NCBI GenBank assembly: GCA_963693365.1
Contig: CAVNZM010000006.1
Span: 2,108,001-2,172,000, forward strand
Source of the DNA: Amoebidium appalachense
Lineage: Eukaryota > Protista > Ichthyosporea
Direction of reading: 5' to 3'
Length of the DNA stretch: 64,000 nt
Within the stretch, counting starts at the first letter, position 1. The number at the start of each line of letters is the position of its first letter. A model generated the notes under the pieces. That model made no database searches. It was given only the letters and a program-made list of their open reading frames with translations, and was not told the DNA's origin. A program made the translations under genes and the position numbers. Positions 23,932-41,676 of the stretch are shown one piece after another.

Positions 23932-24355
23932 CTCGCCCCTGCCCCCTTCTTCTCTATATGTCCCATCCTTGTTCTCCCCTCTCAACTCTCTCACTTGCTC
24001 GTCCTCCCTCCCTTTCCGTTCTCTCAGAGCTCTCCCGTTCTCTTTCTCTCTACCTCTCTCTCCCTCGCCATCTGCCCCCTTCCCCCACCACCATCCACAC
24101 CTTGCTAGCAGGCTCCTCGAGCTTTCGCACGCACACACATTCGTGCCCGTATATGTGTTCTTGTACACACGCACGGTAGACGGGTTCCTTTTGCCTTTTG
24201 GAGGGTGGGTGGGTGGGTGGGTGGGGAGGGGGCTGGATGGAAAGACATGGAAACGAGGAGGGAGGGACAAAAACTTCTTGTGTGCCTGGTTTGTTTGTGC
24301 AGTGCTTGCAGCTGAGCTGTGTATGGTATATCTTCCCATAGGATACCGTGCACAT

Positions 24356-24392
<37 letters not shown>

Positions 24393-24568
24393 ACATAAAG
24401 GCGTTTGCTGCGCACCGGGGGGGGATGGGGGGGGGGGGGGGGGGGGGGGAGGAGCAGGGGTTATGATGGGCTTGGTCCTTTTTTCGGCTTTTGCTTTTTT
24501 AGTAAGGAAAAGTCTGCAGGGTTACACATGCTCATATGCATCCACACCAACACACACACACACACACA

Positions 24569-24625
<57 letters not shown>

Positions 24626-24757
24626 TCACTCACTCACACACACACACAGGCGCTGCTTTGTTGCCTGCATGCAGAACCACGAACCAGTGCTTGTCGATTT
24701 GGACACGGGCCAGATCAGCCCCGTGCTGCCACCTGAGCTGAGACAGCAAGGTGTGTC

Positions 24758-24790
<33 letters not shown>

Positions 24791-27402
24791 CATACACACA
24801 CACACACACATGCACATGCACATGCACATACACACAGGCTCACACACCACCACCACCATACCGCTTGCTCCCTTTGATGGGATAAGGAGATGGAGAGGTA
24901 TGAGCTGGAGAGCCCAAGGGGAGAGCAACGGCCCCGGGAGGGGGGGGGGGGATCACACAATGTAACAATGCACATGGGGTAGACAAGGGAGGGAGAGGTG
25001 TCGTTTGTGTGTCCGTATCATCCTCCCCCCCCCCCCCCCCCCCCCACCCCCCCCCCCTCCCCCCCTCTCCCCCCCCCCCCCCCACACACACACACACACA
25101 CATGTCCGCACACATGAACGTACCTTTTCCGGATCTGCCGTCTCTCGATATGGTGCTGCCTAACGGTGGTGCCTATTCGTCTGCACGTGAACTCGGTAGG
25201 TGTGAGCACATACACGGTCGTCTCTGAATGTTGCAAAGTGCATGTCGCCCAAGTATATTACGGCCAGTTGAAAATTGGGATATATTTCCTTTTGCACAAA
25301 TGTGCTTTTATCTAAGGATATATGCAACCTGCCCTATCTCAGGCTAGATATCTAATATTTATCCGTTTTCAGAGGACGCGCAGGCACCAGGGGAATCACA
25401 AGTTGATAGCCAGGATATATCTGCTCAACAGAGTGGAGAGGAAACTAAAGAGGGAGTGGGTATTAACGAAACATCAGAAAACAAATCGGGGATGGCCCCA
25501 GCCGGAATAGTTAAAAACAAACAGGATGGAGACATTAAGGAGGAATCAGACAAACCAGATTCAGCCACTAGAGATGATGGGATGGACACGGAGGATGACA
25601 AAGCCGAAAAGGAGGATAATACTAACGAGGATAACAAATTGGAGAAGAAACGAAGGAAAGGAAGGAGAGATCGGAGAGAGAGAGACCGAACAAAAGAGAG
25701 GGAGAGACAAAAAACTTCAAGCCAGGTAAGAGCCGCCGCCCCCCCCCCCCCCCCCCCCCCCCCCCGACCGCTTTACTTCCATGCAACCGGGCTTGGTTGC
25801 TCTGTGTCGTGCATCTGTAAGCACATACGCACTTTTCGCTGCACTGCATTAGTTTGCACACACATATTCACCGTTTTGCTCACCTTGCTTGCATAAGCAA
25901 CCCTGCGCGTCTTTGATCAAGACGGGTTGACCCTCCCAAGTTCAGTTGATGCTCCTGTCTGAGTTGGAGAGTCGTATATACGCGGGCTAAGGGGTCGAAA
26001 CTCAGACGCAATTGATGACTTTGGCCCTCCCTGAGGATGGGCTCTGCTTATGACGCATACTGTGCGCATGGCTATGTTGCATACTTGAATGTTTGCCTTT
26101 GCATGTTTCCTTCGTGTATGCGTACTTCGTACCGTGTTTCGCATTCAAACCCCCCCCCCCCCCCCCCCCCCGGCCCCCTCCTGCATACATGCATTACGTT
26201 GTCCACTGCAAATGTGCACATCTTGCAATATATCTCAGTCTCCCCCCTTCCCCCTTCCTCTGCCCCCCCTCCCCCCCCCCCCCCCCCCTCCCCCCGCCCC
26301 TCTTGCCGCAGCTGCCAACATGGGCCGGTCGAATGGAGTAGTCAGTCCTCTTTGTGCATATTCTGTAGTCGTGTTTGCATGCCATTTTGTCTAGCACCAT
26401 TTCTCTGTGGATCCTTGCACTTCAAATCATGTGTGTACGTAATCTTTCTTCACGAGACCCCTTGTGTTTATTTAGACCCTCCTTCCATTAGAACCCTTTC
26501 TCCCCCATTATTTCCTTTGTGCGGCAGATTCACATCGACATCTCTTGGTGACTGCCTTCGTTGTGTTTGTGTTGTATCCCAGCATATCTTATCGGAGCCG
26601 GTTAGGTTGATAAAGATCGATCTCCATCGGGCTAATCTGTGAGAATCGTGAGATTCCATTAACTGAAAGTGTAAAAGCATGCAGTAGTGCAACTGAGTTA
26701 GAGCGTGTGGTGGTGTCCCTTTTTCTTTAAGCCACTTTTGCGGTCCTGATCGCAGGTTATAATCGGATCTAATCGGATCTCCCTTCAGGCATCCAAGGGC
26801 GGGTTTGATCGCACATATGTGGCATCGTTTGATCGGAGGGGCAGCCGGCTGTTCATCGGCACACTCAACGGGGAAGTGGTGGTGCTGGAGTTCCCCTCCC
26901 TGCAGGTGTGTGTATGCCTGTTTTATTCTTCCAATGCTTGTTTTATGCTTGTTATGCTTGTTGTACGGTTCCGTCGCTAGATATATGCTTGTTATGCCCG
27001 TTATGTGCTTCTGTTTGTTTTATGTTCGTTATGCTCATTATACACTTCCGGTGCTTGGTTTATGCTTGTTATGCTCGTTATCTGCTTCCGATGCTCCTTT
27101 TACGCTTGGCATGTTCTTTTTCTGCTTACCGCTGCAACATGCCATTTAACCGAAGCAAGGAGCAAACAACAAGCATATAGACCACAAAACGCAACAGTGT
27201 GATTGGGGCACACAAACACTAGCGCAATTGATCTTTGCTCGCACATTGTAGCGATAAACTATCGGTGGTTTAACATTTTTCTCACATAGGTACTGCACCG
27301 TCTCTCGATGGGCCAATCAACTACGGCCATTCTTCACATCGTTTTCGGCAGCAAGGACGGGTACTTTCCCCCCCCCCCCCCCCCCCCACCCACCCACCCA
27401 CC

Positions 27403-27456
<54 letters not shown>

Positions 27457-27475
27457 CGCTTAACAGGCTCGCACG

Positions 27476-27553
<78 letters not shown>

Positions 27554-27637
27554 GCCTAATTCGTCACCCACTGACGCCTTCCCCCGAGAAGCCAAACGAA
27601 AACTAGCAGGCAAGTCTTCAATACATACTGAATTCGC

Positions 27638-27679
<42 letters not shown>

Positions 27680-28930
27680 ATCCATTTCTGACTGCAGAGG
27701 GAAGAGACCCAACATTAAAAATGACTCCTGACCTATAAACAAAGTGCAGAAGCAGGGGCAGGGAGCGTTTACATATTAGCACTGATGTAGTCTTCGGACG
27801 TATACCTCTGCAGGCCATTTCTAGTCAACACGAGTGACCGGCTGCTTCGAGTGTACAACAGTGAGACGTATGTGATGGAGCACCGCTATCAAGACTATGT
27901 AAACCGGCTGAGATGGAAGTGTTGTTGCTTCAGCACGGACGATCGTTACGTCATTGCAGGTACAAGGTGGTGTGAGTAAGACTAGTGGTGGTTTAAATAG
28001 TTAAACCCAGTTATACATGGTGAAGGTGGTGGTGGTTGCTGCTAGAAAGGCACAGACCGGCGGGGGGGCGAAGGGGGGGGGGGGGGGGGGGGGGAGGGGC
28101 ACAGGGAGATTGCCGAGGAGGTTTTGTGTGTATGTGTATTCTTGGTGCTTGCTTTGTTTGCATTGATTTTGTGTTTCCTTTTCTTCGTTTCTTTTGGTGT
28201 TTTCGTTGCTGTTTTTCCCTTTTCTTTTTTTCTTCTTCTTCGTCTTTTTCTCTCTCTCTCTTTTCTTTTTTTCTTTTTCTTTTTTTTTTTCTTTTTTTTT
28301 TTCTTTTCTTTTTGGTGGGGGGGGGGGGGGGGGGGGGGGGGGGGAGGGGGGGGTTAGTTAAGGGAGGTCAGAGGAAAGGGTAGAAATAGGTGTGTAGCGA
28401 ACTGTTGTTCGCATCTAGGGTGGTGGTAGAAAATTGGGCAATTGGGGGGCTCATGGTGAATTGGGTGCAGGATCGGCAGAAAAAACACTCCACCACATCT
28501 ACGTGTTTGATGGCAAGGCAGGGGGGCTCGTGAAAATGCTGGAGGGTCCAAAGGAGGGCATGGTCGACATGGCAGTATGTGCCTTCCCCCCCCCCCCCCC
28601 CCTCTCCCCCCCCCTCCCCCCTCTCCCTCTCTCTCTATCAGGCTTGCGTTCCCCTCCAATTTATTCGTCTCCCCCCCCCCCCCCCCCCCCCCGGGTGCGG
28701 AAACACACACACGCACACGTCCTAACCGGAGGCACAAAAGAGGAACATGCTCTGTGTTGTCTTCCTTGCCCGTCACAATACATGGAAACACTAATTCTCA
28801 CAACTACAGACACTCACCCATACACGAGCACACACGCGCGCACACACATAGAGAGGGAGAGAGAGGGACGGGATGGGGGGAGAGAGAGAGATACACACAA
28901 TCCACACACAGACACACACACACACGCACA

Positions 28931-29000
<70 letters not shown>

Positions 29001-29103
29001 CACTGACATTCTAACCACCCAGTGGCACCCTACCCGCACAATGATAGCATCGTGTGCCGGCACAGGCTGTGTCTATCTGTGGGGTGTGCCACACCAGGTG
29101 AGA

Positions 29104-29141
<38 letters not shown>

Positions 29142-29183
29142 ATATTAGAGCGACAAGAACGCCACGCCACTTAAATGTTTTCA

Positions 29184-29226
<43 letters not shown>

Positions 29227-29293
29227 CGCACGCGCCCGCATGTGCGTTCTACATTTATTTCAAGTTTCTGTCGTCTTTTTTTTTTGTTCCCTC

Positions 29294-29339
<46 letters not shown>

Positions 29340-29824
29340 AAAACAAAAAAAAACAAAAAAAAAAACAAGAAAACAAGACAAGATATCCTTGCATATCACA
29401 GACACATTCCCAACAAGTATACCCCTCTCATATCCATCCCCCCACAGGACAACTGGGCCGCATATGCCCCCAACTTCACGCAGATTGACGAAAACGAGGA
29501 ATACGTCGAGGCAGAGGATGAATTCGATATCGTACGTGCTATGACATATCCCCCCTCCCCCCTCCCCCCCCCCCCCCCCCCCCCCCAGCCCAGCCCTGGG
29601 TTTCCTCCTCTCTTCCCTCACAATAAGCTACCCATTTGAGTATGAACTTTCCGTGAGTTTCCGCCTCATTTGAGGCTCATATTCTATGTATCGATCGTCC
29701 GTGTGTTTTAACTTCACATGTCACTCTTTAGGATACAGAGGTCCAGAGCCCGTGCACATTCATGAATGTAAGGGGCACCGAGTGAATGCTTGTGCTTGTG
29801 CATGAGCATGTATATGTACGTGTG

Positions 29825-29904
<80 letters not shown>

Positions 29905-30425
29905 ACCTGTGAGTGGCTGCCTACATATGCACGTATGTGTGCAAATGCACGCACTTGCCAAGCAATGCTGCTAACTACACATATGCCGCTCGTATGTCGA
30001 CAGTATAGTGGTAGATACTCCCTGTGTGGCGTCAAAGGAATTGCTACACTCTATTCACCAGTCAGGTTTACCAGAAATGGGGTGTCTAGGCCGATATTCA
30101 AGCAACACATGTATTGGGAGTGGAAAATGTGATTGTATAGTTAGCAAATAGTATCATGGAATAGTGTGTTTGAAGGGGGTTTTTCTGACAAAGGGGCATA
30201 TGTTTACAGGATAGCAATGGGGACAGTGTGGAGCAGAGGCGAGACAAAGACATGAGGGCAGAGGACCCAGTCGACGTGTGCGCACGTGAGCCCATCTGGT
30301 TCCTTCACAGCAGGTAGTGTGGGAATCAACCCCCACCCCCCCCCCCCCCTTCCCCCCCTTTCCTCCCCTTCTGCCCCCCTCCCCTCCCCCCCCCCCCCTC
30401 CCCAACCTACCATCACCACCACACG

Positions 30426-30488
<63 letters not shown>

Positions 30489-30735
30489 TCCCGCCCGATC
30501 TCATATCTTCTAAGGCTTCCTCCTCCCCGCTTTCTCCACTCTATCCATTATGCGCCTGGATACATACAGTTCAACCCCCCCCTCCCCCCCCTCCCCCCCC
30601 CCCCCCTGGACCCCCGACCCCCCTCCCACCACCACCACCATTTCTCCGCCTCTCACACCGTGGCCATAGTTTTGCCAACCCGGTTGATTGCCTTCTCATC
30701 CATCCGGAAACTGAAGTCGAACCGTGATACTCCCC

Positions 30736-30784
<49 letters not shown>

Positions 30785-31056
30785 TTACACACACAAGCAG
30801 TCCCAGAAGCTCCATCTGGTGTTTGGCTGCCACCCTCAGGGGATTATAGAAGTACTGTGTGCATATATATACATGTTGTGCTGACATTTATCCAATCAGT
30901 GACGAGGAAGCAGATGACGAAGACGATCCCGTGTTCTTGGTTTCCCTTTCGGATTTGACGCCCGAAGAAGGTATATCCCCCCCCCCCCCCCCCCCCCTTT
31001 CTGTCTCTCTTTTTCTACCCCCCCCCCCCCCCCCGTATATATATATATATACATAT

Positions 31057-31091
<35 letters not shown>

Positions 31092-31508
31092 AAGAAATAA
31101 ATAAAATAAAATAAAATAAAATAAAATAAAATAACAAACACCCCATCCATGCGACATACCCACACACTTACACACTCAGTCATATACCCACCCACATATC
31201 ACACCAACCCATGCACATGCACACACCTGACCCCTTCCAGAAAAGTGACGTAAAACTCACCAACCACCCTCTCTGCAGACGAGCCACCCAAGGCTCCCCC
31301 TGCACCGTATACCGTTCTACCATTGCCCCACGAAACGATTGCACACGCTGGGCTGGAGGGGGTGGAAAAGGTTACAGAAAGCACGCAACAACCAACAAAG
31401 GGGAAAAACACACTGACGGCTGCAGTGACGAAGGAGGAAGGATTAGAGCAGCAGCAGGCAGATGCTGCAAAGAAAGAACGAAACAGGAAAAGACAAAGAA
31501 CACGATAA
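20237..31508 (+). CDS. RBBP5: RBBP5/Swd1 WD40 subunit of COMPASS/MLL H3K4 methyltransferase, 16 exons
   Basis: Exons 20237-20255, 21172-21200, 21944-22042, 22547-22617, 23359-23502, 24650-24750, 25373-25725, 26789-26905, 27290-27360, 27814-27959, 28471-28574, 29023-29097, 29448-29531, 30210-30313, 30900-30970, 31279-31508. Motifs [73 protein letters not shown]. Confidence 0.92.
23601..23800 (+). mobile_element. Subfamily B 5'-truncated copy in RBBP5 intron 5
   Basis: Embedded between two poly-C tracts; same 3' end as the other B copies. Confidence 0.85.
25766..26149 (+). mobile_element. Subfamily B copy in RBBP5 intron 7
   Basis: Homologous to 40064-40369 from ~25858; poly-C on both sides; 5' boundary at 25766 is inferred. 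Confidence 0.8.
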
Positions 31509-31730
31509 TTCAATGCATTCCTGATGTTGTTTTGTGCTTGTGTTTGTTGTTCTTGTTAACCGTGAAGTTATTGTTTGTTTGAATGTTTTTCGTTTGATAA
31601 GTCAGAAAGATCGATTGTAGAATCGTTGTAGAGTTTGAAATGGTGAGGGAAGACCGGTGAGATTTAGCCGAAATCCTTCACCGTGTCTCAAGCTGCCCTT
31701 TTGATATCCATGAGTGTTTTCTTGCTCTTC

Positions 31731-32395
31731 TCCTTTGGAATACTCGACTTTTGATGTTATTATCCTCAAGATTGACTCAGAAAAATTGTTGACTCAGTTC
31801 CGAAGGCTTGTTTCATGATAACGATTTGTCTTTAGTTTTGTTTTTCACACACAATGTCCACCACATATGCGCATTTCATGCACAAAATGGCGCATGCACA
31901 TTGCATATACGTGCAGGCACACACATATCCATGAGTGTATTATAATTAGAGTTTTGTTTGGATGATGAATGAGATACGGTGTGCTTTAAGTGTTGACACG
32001 GCTTATATTCACGTATGGGTGATGGAAAGAGACACAAAGAACGGCCACACATCCTATGTACTGTGTACACAGCATACGTAATGTAGTTTAATGACGTGTT
32101 CTTCAATAAAATGTCTTTGGAAATTAAGGTCTTTTCCAAATACTGGCATAATGCTATAAAATTGCCGCCTTTCAATAGATCGTGCTTAGGCTGCGATCTT
32201 TCCTTTGGAATACTCGACTTTTGATGTTATTATCCTCAAGATTGACTCAGAAAAATTGTTAACTCAGTTCCGAAGGCTTGTTTCATGATAACGATTTGTC
32301 TTTAGTCTTGTTTTTCACACACAATGTCCACCACATATGCGCATTTCATGCATACAAGGGCGCATGCACATTGCATATACGTGCAGGCACACACA
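31731..32395. repeat. ~195-bp direct duplication (31731-31924 and 32201-32395)
   Basis: Two near-identical copies starting TCCTTTGGAATACTCGAC; the first is flanked by ATATCCATGAGTGT at 31704-31717 and 31925-31938. Confidence 0.85.
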
Positions 32396-32418
32396 CACAC
32401 ACACGTGGGCGCTCGGGC

Positions 32419-32595
32419 GTGCACACACACACACACAAATACACACGTGTACAGACACCTAGCACAAAAACTGTGCACACACACACACACAAATACACGC
32501 GTGTACAGACACCTAGCACAAAAAACTGTGCACACACACACACACAAATACACACGTGTACAGACACCCAGCACAAGAACTGTGCACGCACACAC
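32419..32595. repeat. ~52-bp tandem repeat, 3 copies
   Basis: Unit GTGCAC(AC)nAAATACAC(A/G)CGTGTACAGACACC(T/C)AGCACAA(A/G)AACT. Confidence 0.75.
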
Positions 32596-32868
32596 GCCTA
32601 GGCCATCTGCACGCACACGCGTGTACAGGCTCAGATCTGCTGATACCGTAGGTGTTCCTTTGGAACCTTTCTTTCTTTCTTTCTTTTTTGTGTGTGTACA
32701 TGTGGGTGGGTGGGTGGGTGGATGGGGGTAGAATAGAAGTAGAATTAGAATTTCCATTGTATTTTTCTCACCACAAGCTTCTTTGCAAGGTCGACCGAAA
32801 AGGTAGTTGCAAGCTTAATTGAAAACTGAGTGTGTGTGTGTGTTTTAAGAGGGGGGGGGGGGGGGGGG

Positions 32869-33004
32869 TTTGAATGCGGAACACGGTACGAAGTACGCAT
32901 ACACGAAGGACACATGCAAAGGCAAACATTCAAGTATGCAACATCAGCCATGCGCACAGTATGCGTCATAAGCAGAGCCCATCCTCAGGGAGGGCCCAAG
33001 TCAT
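32869..33004 (-). mobile_element. Subfamily B 5'-truncated copy
   Basis: Same 3' end; shares an internal deletion with the 25766 copy; G-runs on both sides. Confidence 0.8.
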
Positions 33005-33058
33005 GGGGGTTACATTGTTGAGTAGCTAAGGAGCGTTGGGCATATACTATCCTGATAT

Positions 33059-33151
<93 letters not shown>

Positions 33152-33185
33152 TGTGTGTGTTGGGGGAAAAGGAGGGGGGGGGGGG

Positions 33186-33319
33186 TTTGAATGCGTCAAA
33201 AAGTACGAAGTACACAAGAACAAACGGATAACACGATGCAGAATGCAAGCCATACATAAAGAGTATGCATAATAAGCAGAGCCCATCCTCAGGGGGGGCC
33301 CACGTCATCCACAGTACCC
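33186..33319 (-). mobile_element. Subfamily A 5'-truncated copy
   Basis: G-runs on both sides; same 3' end. Confidence 0.85.
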
Positions 33320-33849
33320 GGGGGGGGGTCTGGTAGGTGGCTTGAAGCAAGTATAGGTACGTGGGTTTATTCATAAAATTGAAATCAGCATAAAAATCAT
33401 ACTCGGAAAATCGTCTACCAGCCCCGGAGAGTTCCCTTAGACTATAGCTAGAACACAAAACTTGCGGGGAAAACATCACCCAATAGTTGCAGCAATAATC
33501 GAACCACATATCGTGAACACGAACCGGCCTAACCATAGAATCTGTACAATGTACAATGAACACACATATTGCATATTTGTCATACATCACAACATTCGAA
33601 CGCTGCCCCCCTCCCTCCCCCCTCTCCTCCCTCCCACCATCGCACCACACCCTCTCCCCTTCCCGCAATCCCCAAACAAATACCAACCCCTACCCTATTC
33701 CCCCCTTCCCCCCCTCCCTCCCCCCCCTTTGCCCCCACCTCCTCCGCTCCTATCCCTCCCCCTCTCTCTCTCTCCCCCCCCCCCCCCCCCCCCCCCCCAC
33801 ACACACACACTCAAAACCCCCCACCCACCCCCCTCTCCCACCACCACAC

Positions 33850-38684
<4,835 letters not shown>

Positions 38685-40063
38685 TTCCAAAGTTTATCTT
38701 TTTACCGACCTTTGTCAGAACTAAAGGTTTCCTGTCCAGCAAGAGCGCAAAAAAGTGAACTTGCCTTTGCTGGGTTGCTAGGAATCAATACTAAATAGGC
38801 TACGCTGTTGAACTAGGTGCCAACTGAGAACCTGGCTTACTTTGCGCTAGGGTAGCACAAGAGAACTGTAACAATACGAAAAGTAAAGATCCTCGAGAAG
38901 ACAAGTTGCTCTCGTTTTCCACAGCTGCGTAGTCACTTTGAGTGCTGTCTCCCTGCGGCTCTCTAACATACGTTGTATGTTGCCGCAGGCGACAGTCACT
39001 AGACAAAGTTGGATCGCGCGTAATCGGATCTGGTTTTTCGAGCAATGGTTGGTTACAAATCACGCTAATTACTCATTATGAAATGAGGTTTGAAAGGCTT
39101 TTGGCGGGAATACCAGGAGGAGATATGATTGGGTTTGGAATCCCCGATCTCTGAGCGAAGCAAAAATGCCCAACAGTGAACAAGGCGGCCCTTTTCAGTC
39201 CCGTACGTATGTACATGAGGCAACAACGTTGGAAACGTAACTTGGAGTTCGGCATGTTTGAATGTCGGAGAATCGAATATAGCGCAATAAGTAGCTGGCT
39301 TTATTGTGCGCGGCTTGCTTGTGCTTCCACGCGAATTCAATGTTCCTTTCCGCGGCCTCCCCACCTCTTATCCATATGAGATGTTTCAACTTCTCAAATG
39401 CACAACTTGAATCACATGGTACCGGTGACTGACTGACTTTAGTGTATCCAAGCCACGAATCTTAGGGGATGCAAGCAGATGCCGTGCAGATCATGGCAAA
39501 ACACGTTAGTTAGATCATAATCCTGTGCAAATATTTGATACGAAAGATGGAACACAGAGATGTGAGTGCAGTGCTCGCCGTACGCGCCACCTTGACCTTG
39601 TTTGTGCCAAAAACTATGTGCACACCTGAAATCTCCATCCAGATCTATATAGCGTACACAACACCTCCCCCTTCCCCTCCCCTCCCCGCGCTCCCCCGTG
39701 CCACCCCCCCCCCCCCCCACCACCACCACCACCACCACCACCACCATCACACACACACACACACACCACATTCACCAAAATACAAATGCACACACACACA
39801 CACTCCATCGATCCACCCAGCAAGACGATGCGATGGCCGTATCATCACGTATGCGAGAAAGGCCGTCGACGGCTCTGCACGCGGGGCAGCTGTCGATGGA
39901 TCTGGACGAGGAAGGGAGAGGGAGGTGCGGGAGGGGGGAGGGGGGAGGGGGGAGGGGGGACGGGAGGAGGGGGGGGCGGGTTTGTTGTTGCAAGCACCAA
40001 GCATGGTACCGGTGACACAGAATGCACACGGTCTGTTTGAAGGGGGGGAACCCTAGAGGGGGG

Positions 40064-40369
40064 TTTGAATGCGGAACACGGTACGAAGTACGCATACACC
40101 ACGAGAAGCATGGTGCAGGACACATGCAAAGGCAAACATTCAAGTGTGCAACATCAGCCATGTGCACAGTATACGCCACAAGCAGAGCCCATCCTCAGGG
40201 AGGACCCAAGTCATCAATTGCGTCTGAGTTTCGACCCCTTAGCCCGCGTATATACGACGCTCCAACTCAGACAGCAGCATCAACTGAACTTGGGCGGGTC
40301 AACCCGTCTTGATCAAAGACGAGCAGGGTTGCTTATGCAAGCAAGGTGAGCAAAACGGTGAAGATGTGT
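40064..40369 (-). mobile_element. Poly-C-associated short retroelement, subfamily B, copy with 16-bp TSD
   Basis: Flanked by GAACCCTAGAGGGGGG at 40048-40063 and 40370-40385; 3' end CCGCATTCAAA abuts a C-run; highly similar to four other copies. Confidence 0.85.
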
Positions 40370-41011
40370 GAACCCTAGAGGGGGGGGGGGGGGGGGGGGG
40401 GGGGGGCAGCGCATTCCAGCATGGATTTCTCATTTCTCTCGTATGCGCACGCACCAGGCTATATTAGGATTTATCCGTTTCCCGCTAACAGAACCATCCA
40501 AGTGGCTTATTTACCAAATGTTACAAATTCGATGCCAAGCAATTGCTCGTGAAGCATCATTGCCTATTATATGGCTGCAAATATCATTCGCCCGCCTGTG
40601 TGAGCAATGGCTCTGCCTTATCCCTTACCAATTCATTCATACTATACACTGCAACGACCTAGTCACACAGAGCGCACCCACTTGCGGCATTTCCTTACCA
40701 TGATACAACTATATCTATCTACAAATATGCAAAGACATTTGCTTGCTTACATATTTTTACAATACGATACCTTCCTACGGTTACATACATGCTGCCCGGG
40801 CAAGAACTCGTTGTGACTTGGCTGGAGACCATGTTTTGTTGCTAGTTGATTGTGCGTTGGTCCTGCACATCAGATGCCCGATTTAGTTATCTGGAGGAAG
40901 GTGCGTGCTTTGTAGGGGCCGGTGTGTGTGCATATGTTTTTGTGTGTAAGCATGCGTGTGCGCATGTGCCTGTGTGCGTGTGTGTGCGCGCTCGTGTGCA
41001 ACAATGTGTGT

Positions 41012-41056
<45 letters not shown>

Positions 41057-41290
41057 CTCATAGTTAAGACGGGCTTTATTGCAAAGAAGTAGGGGCGAGG
41101 GGGAGGGGGGGAGGGGAGGGGGGGGGGGGGGGGGGGATGGACGTGAAAGATTGGGTAGGGACTCGTGGTTGGGTGGTTGGGTTGGGGAACGGGTTGGTGG
41201 GTAGCTGTGGAAGTTAGGTGGTGGTGGTGTGTCACGTGTGTGTATTTTTTTTGGGGGGGGGGGGGGGGGATAGAAGAACTTCCTCGATGT

Positions 41291-41334
<44 letters not shown>

Positions 41335-41676
41335 ATGGGGGGGGGGCAGAGAATATTGGGGGGGGGGAGGGGGGGGGGAGGGTAGGTTGGTGGTTGGGGG
41401 AACGGGCTGGTGGGTAGGTGGGTGGGTGGGGTGAGGGAAGGAGGGGACAGAAGAGTGTCTCGATGGATGGGTGGGTGGGGGGGGGGGGGGGGGGGGGGGG
41501 GTGGGGGAGGGGGGGGGGGGGTCCGGAGAAGGAAACCGGGATGGGATGGGGTGGGGGTGGGGGAGGGGAAGAATGGGTGGGGAAATGGGACACCTGTGTG
41601 TAGGTCGGTGGATGGATGGGGAGGGGGGGGAGGGAGGGTTTGAAACGGGGTGGGATATTGGGTGGGTGGATGGGGG

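Noticed and set aside
25991-26003. GGTCGAAACTC as a tRNA T-loop/B box (tRNA-derived SINE)
   Set aside because: Does not match GTTCRA, no A box or cloverleaf seen, and it lies in the 3' half of the element.
26012-26034. TGATGA..CTGA read as C/D box snoRNA
   Set aside because: Boxes only about 12 nt apart, and TGATGA is not conserved in subfamilies A (GGATGA) and C.
40049-40056. AACCCTA as telomeric repeat seed
   Set aside because: Single unit, present twice only because of the target-site duplication.
40022-40312. Recurring peptide [25 protein letters not shown] in several ORFs
   Set aside because: Translation of the repeated element; subfamily A has stops in the equivalent frame and conservation follows RNA pairing, not codons.
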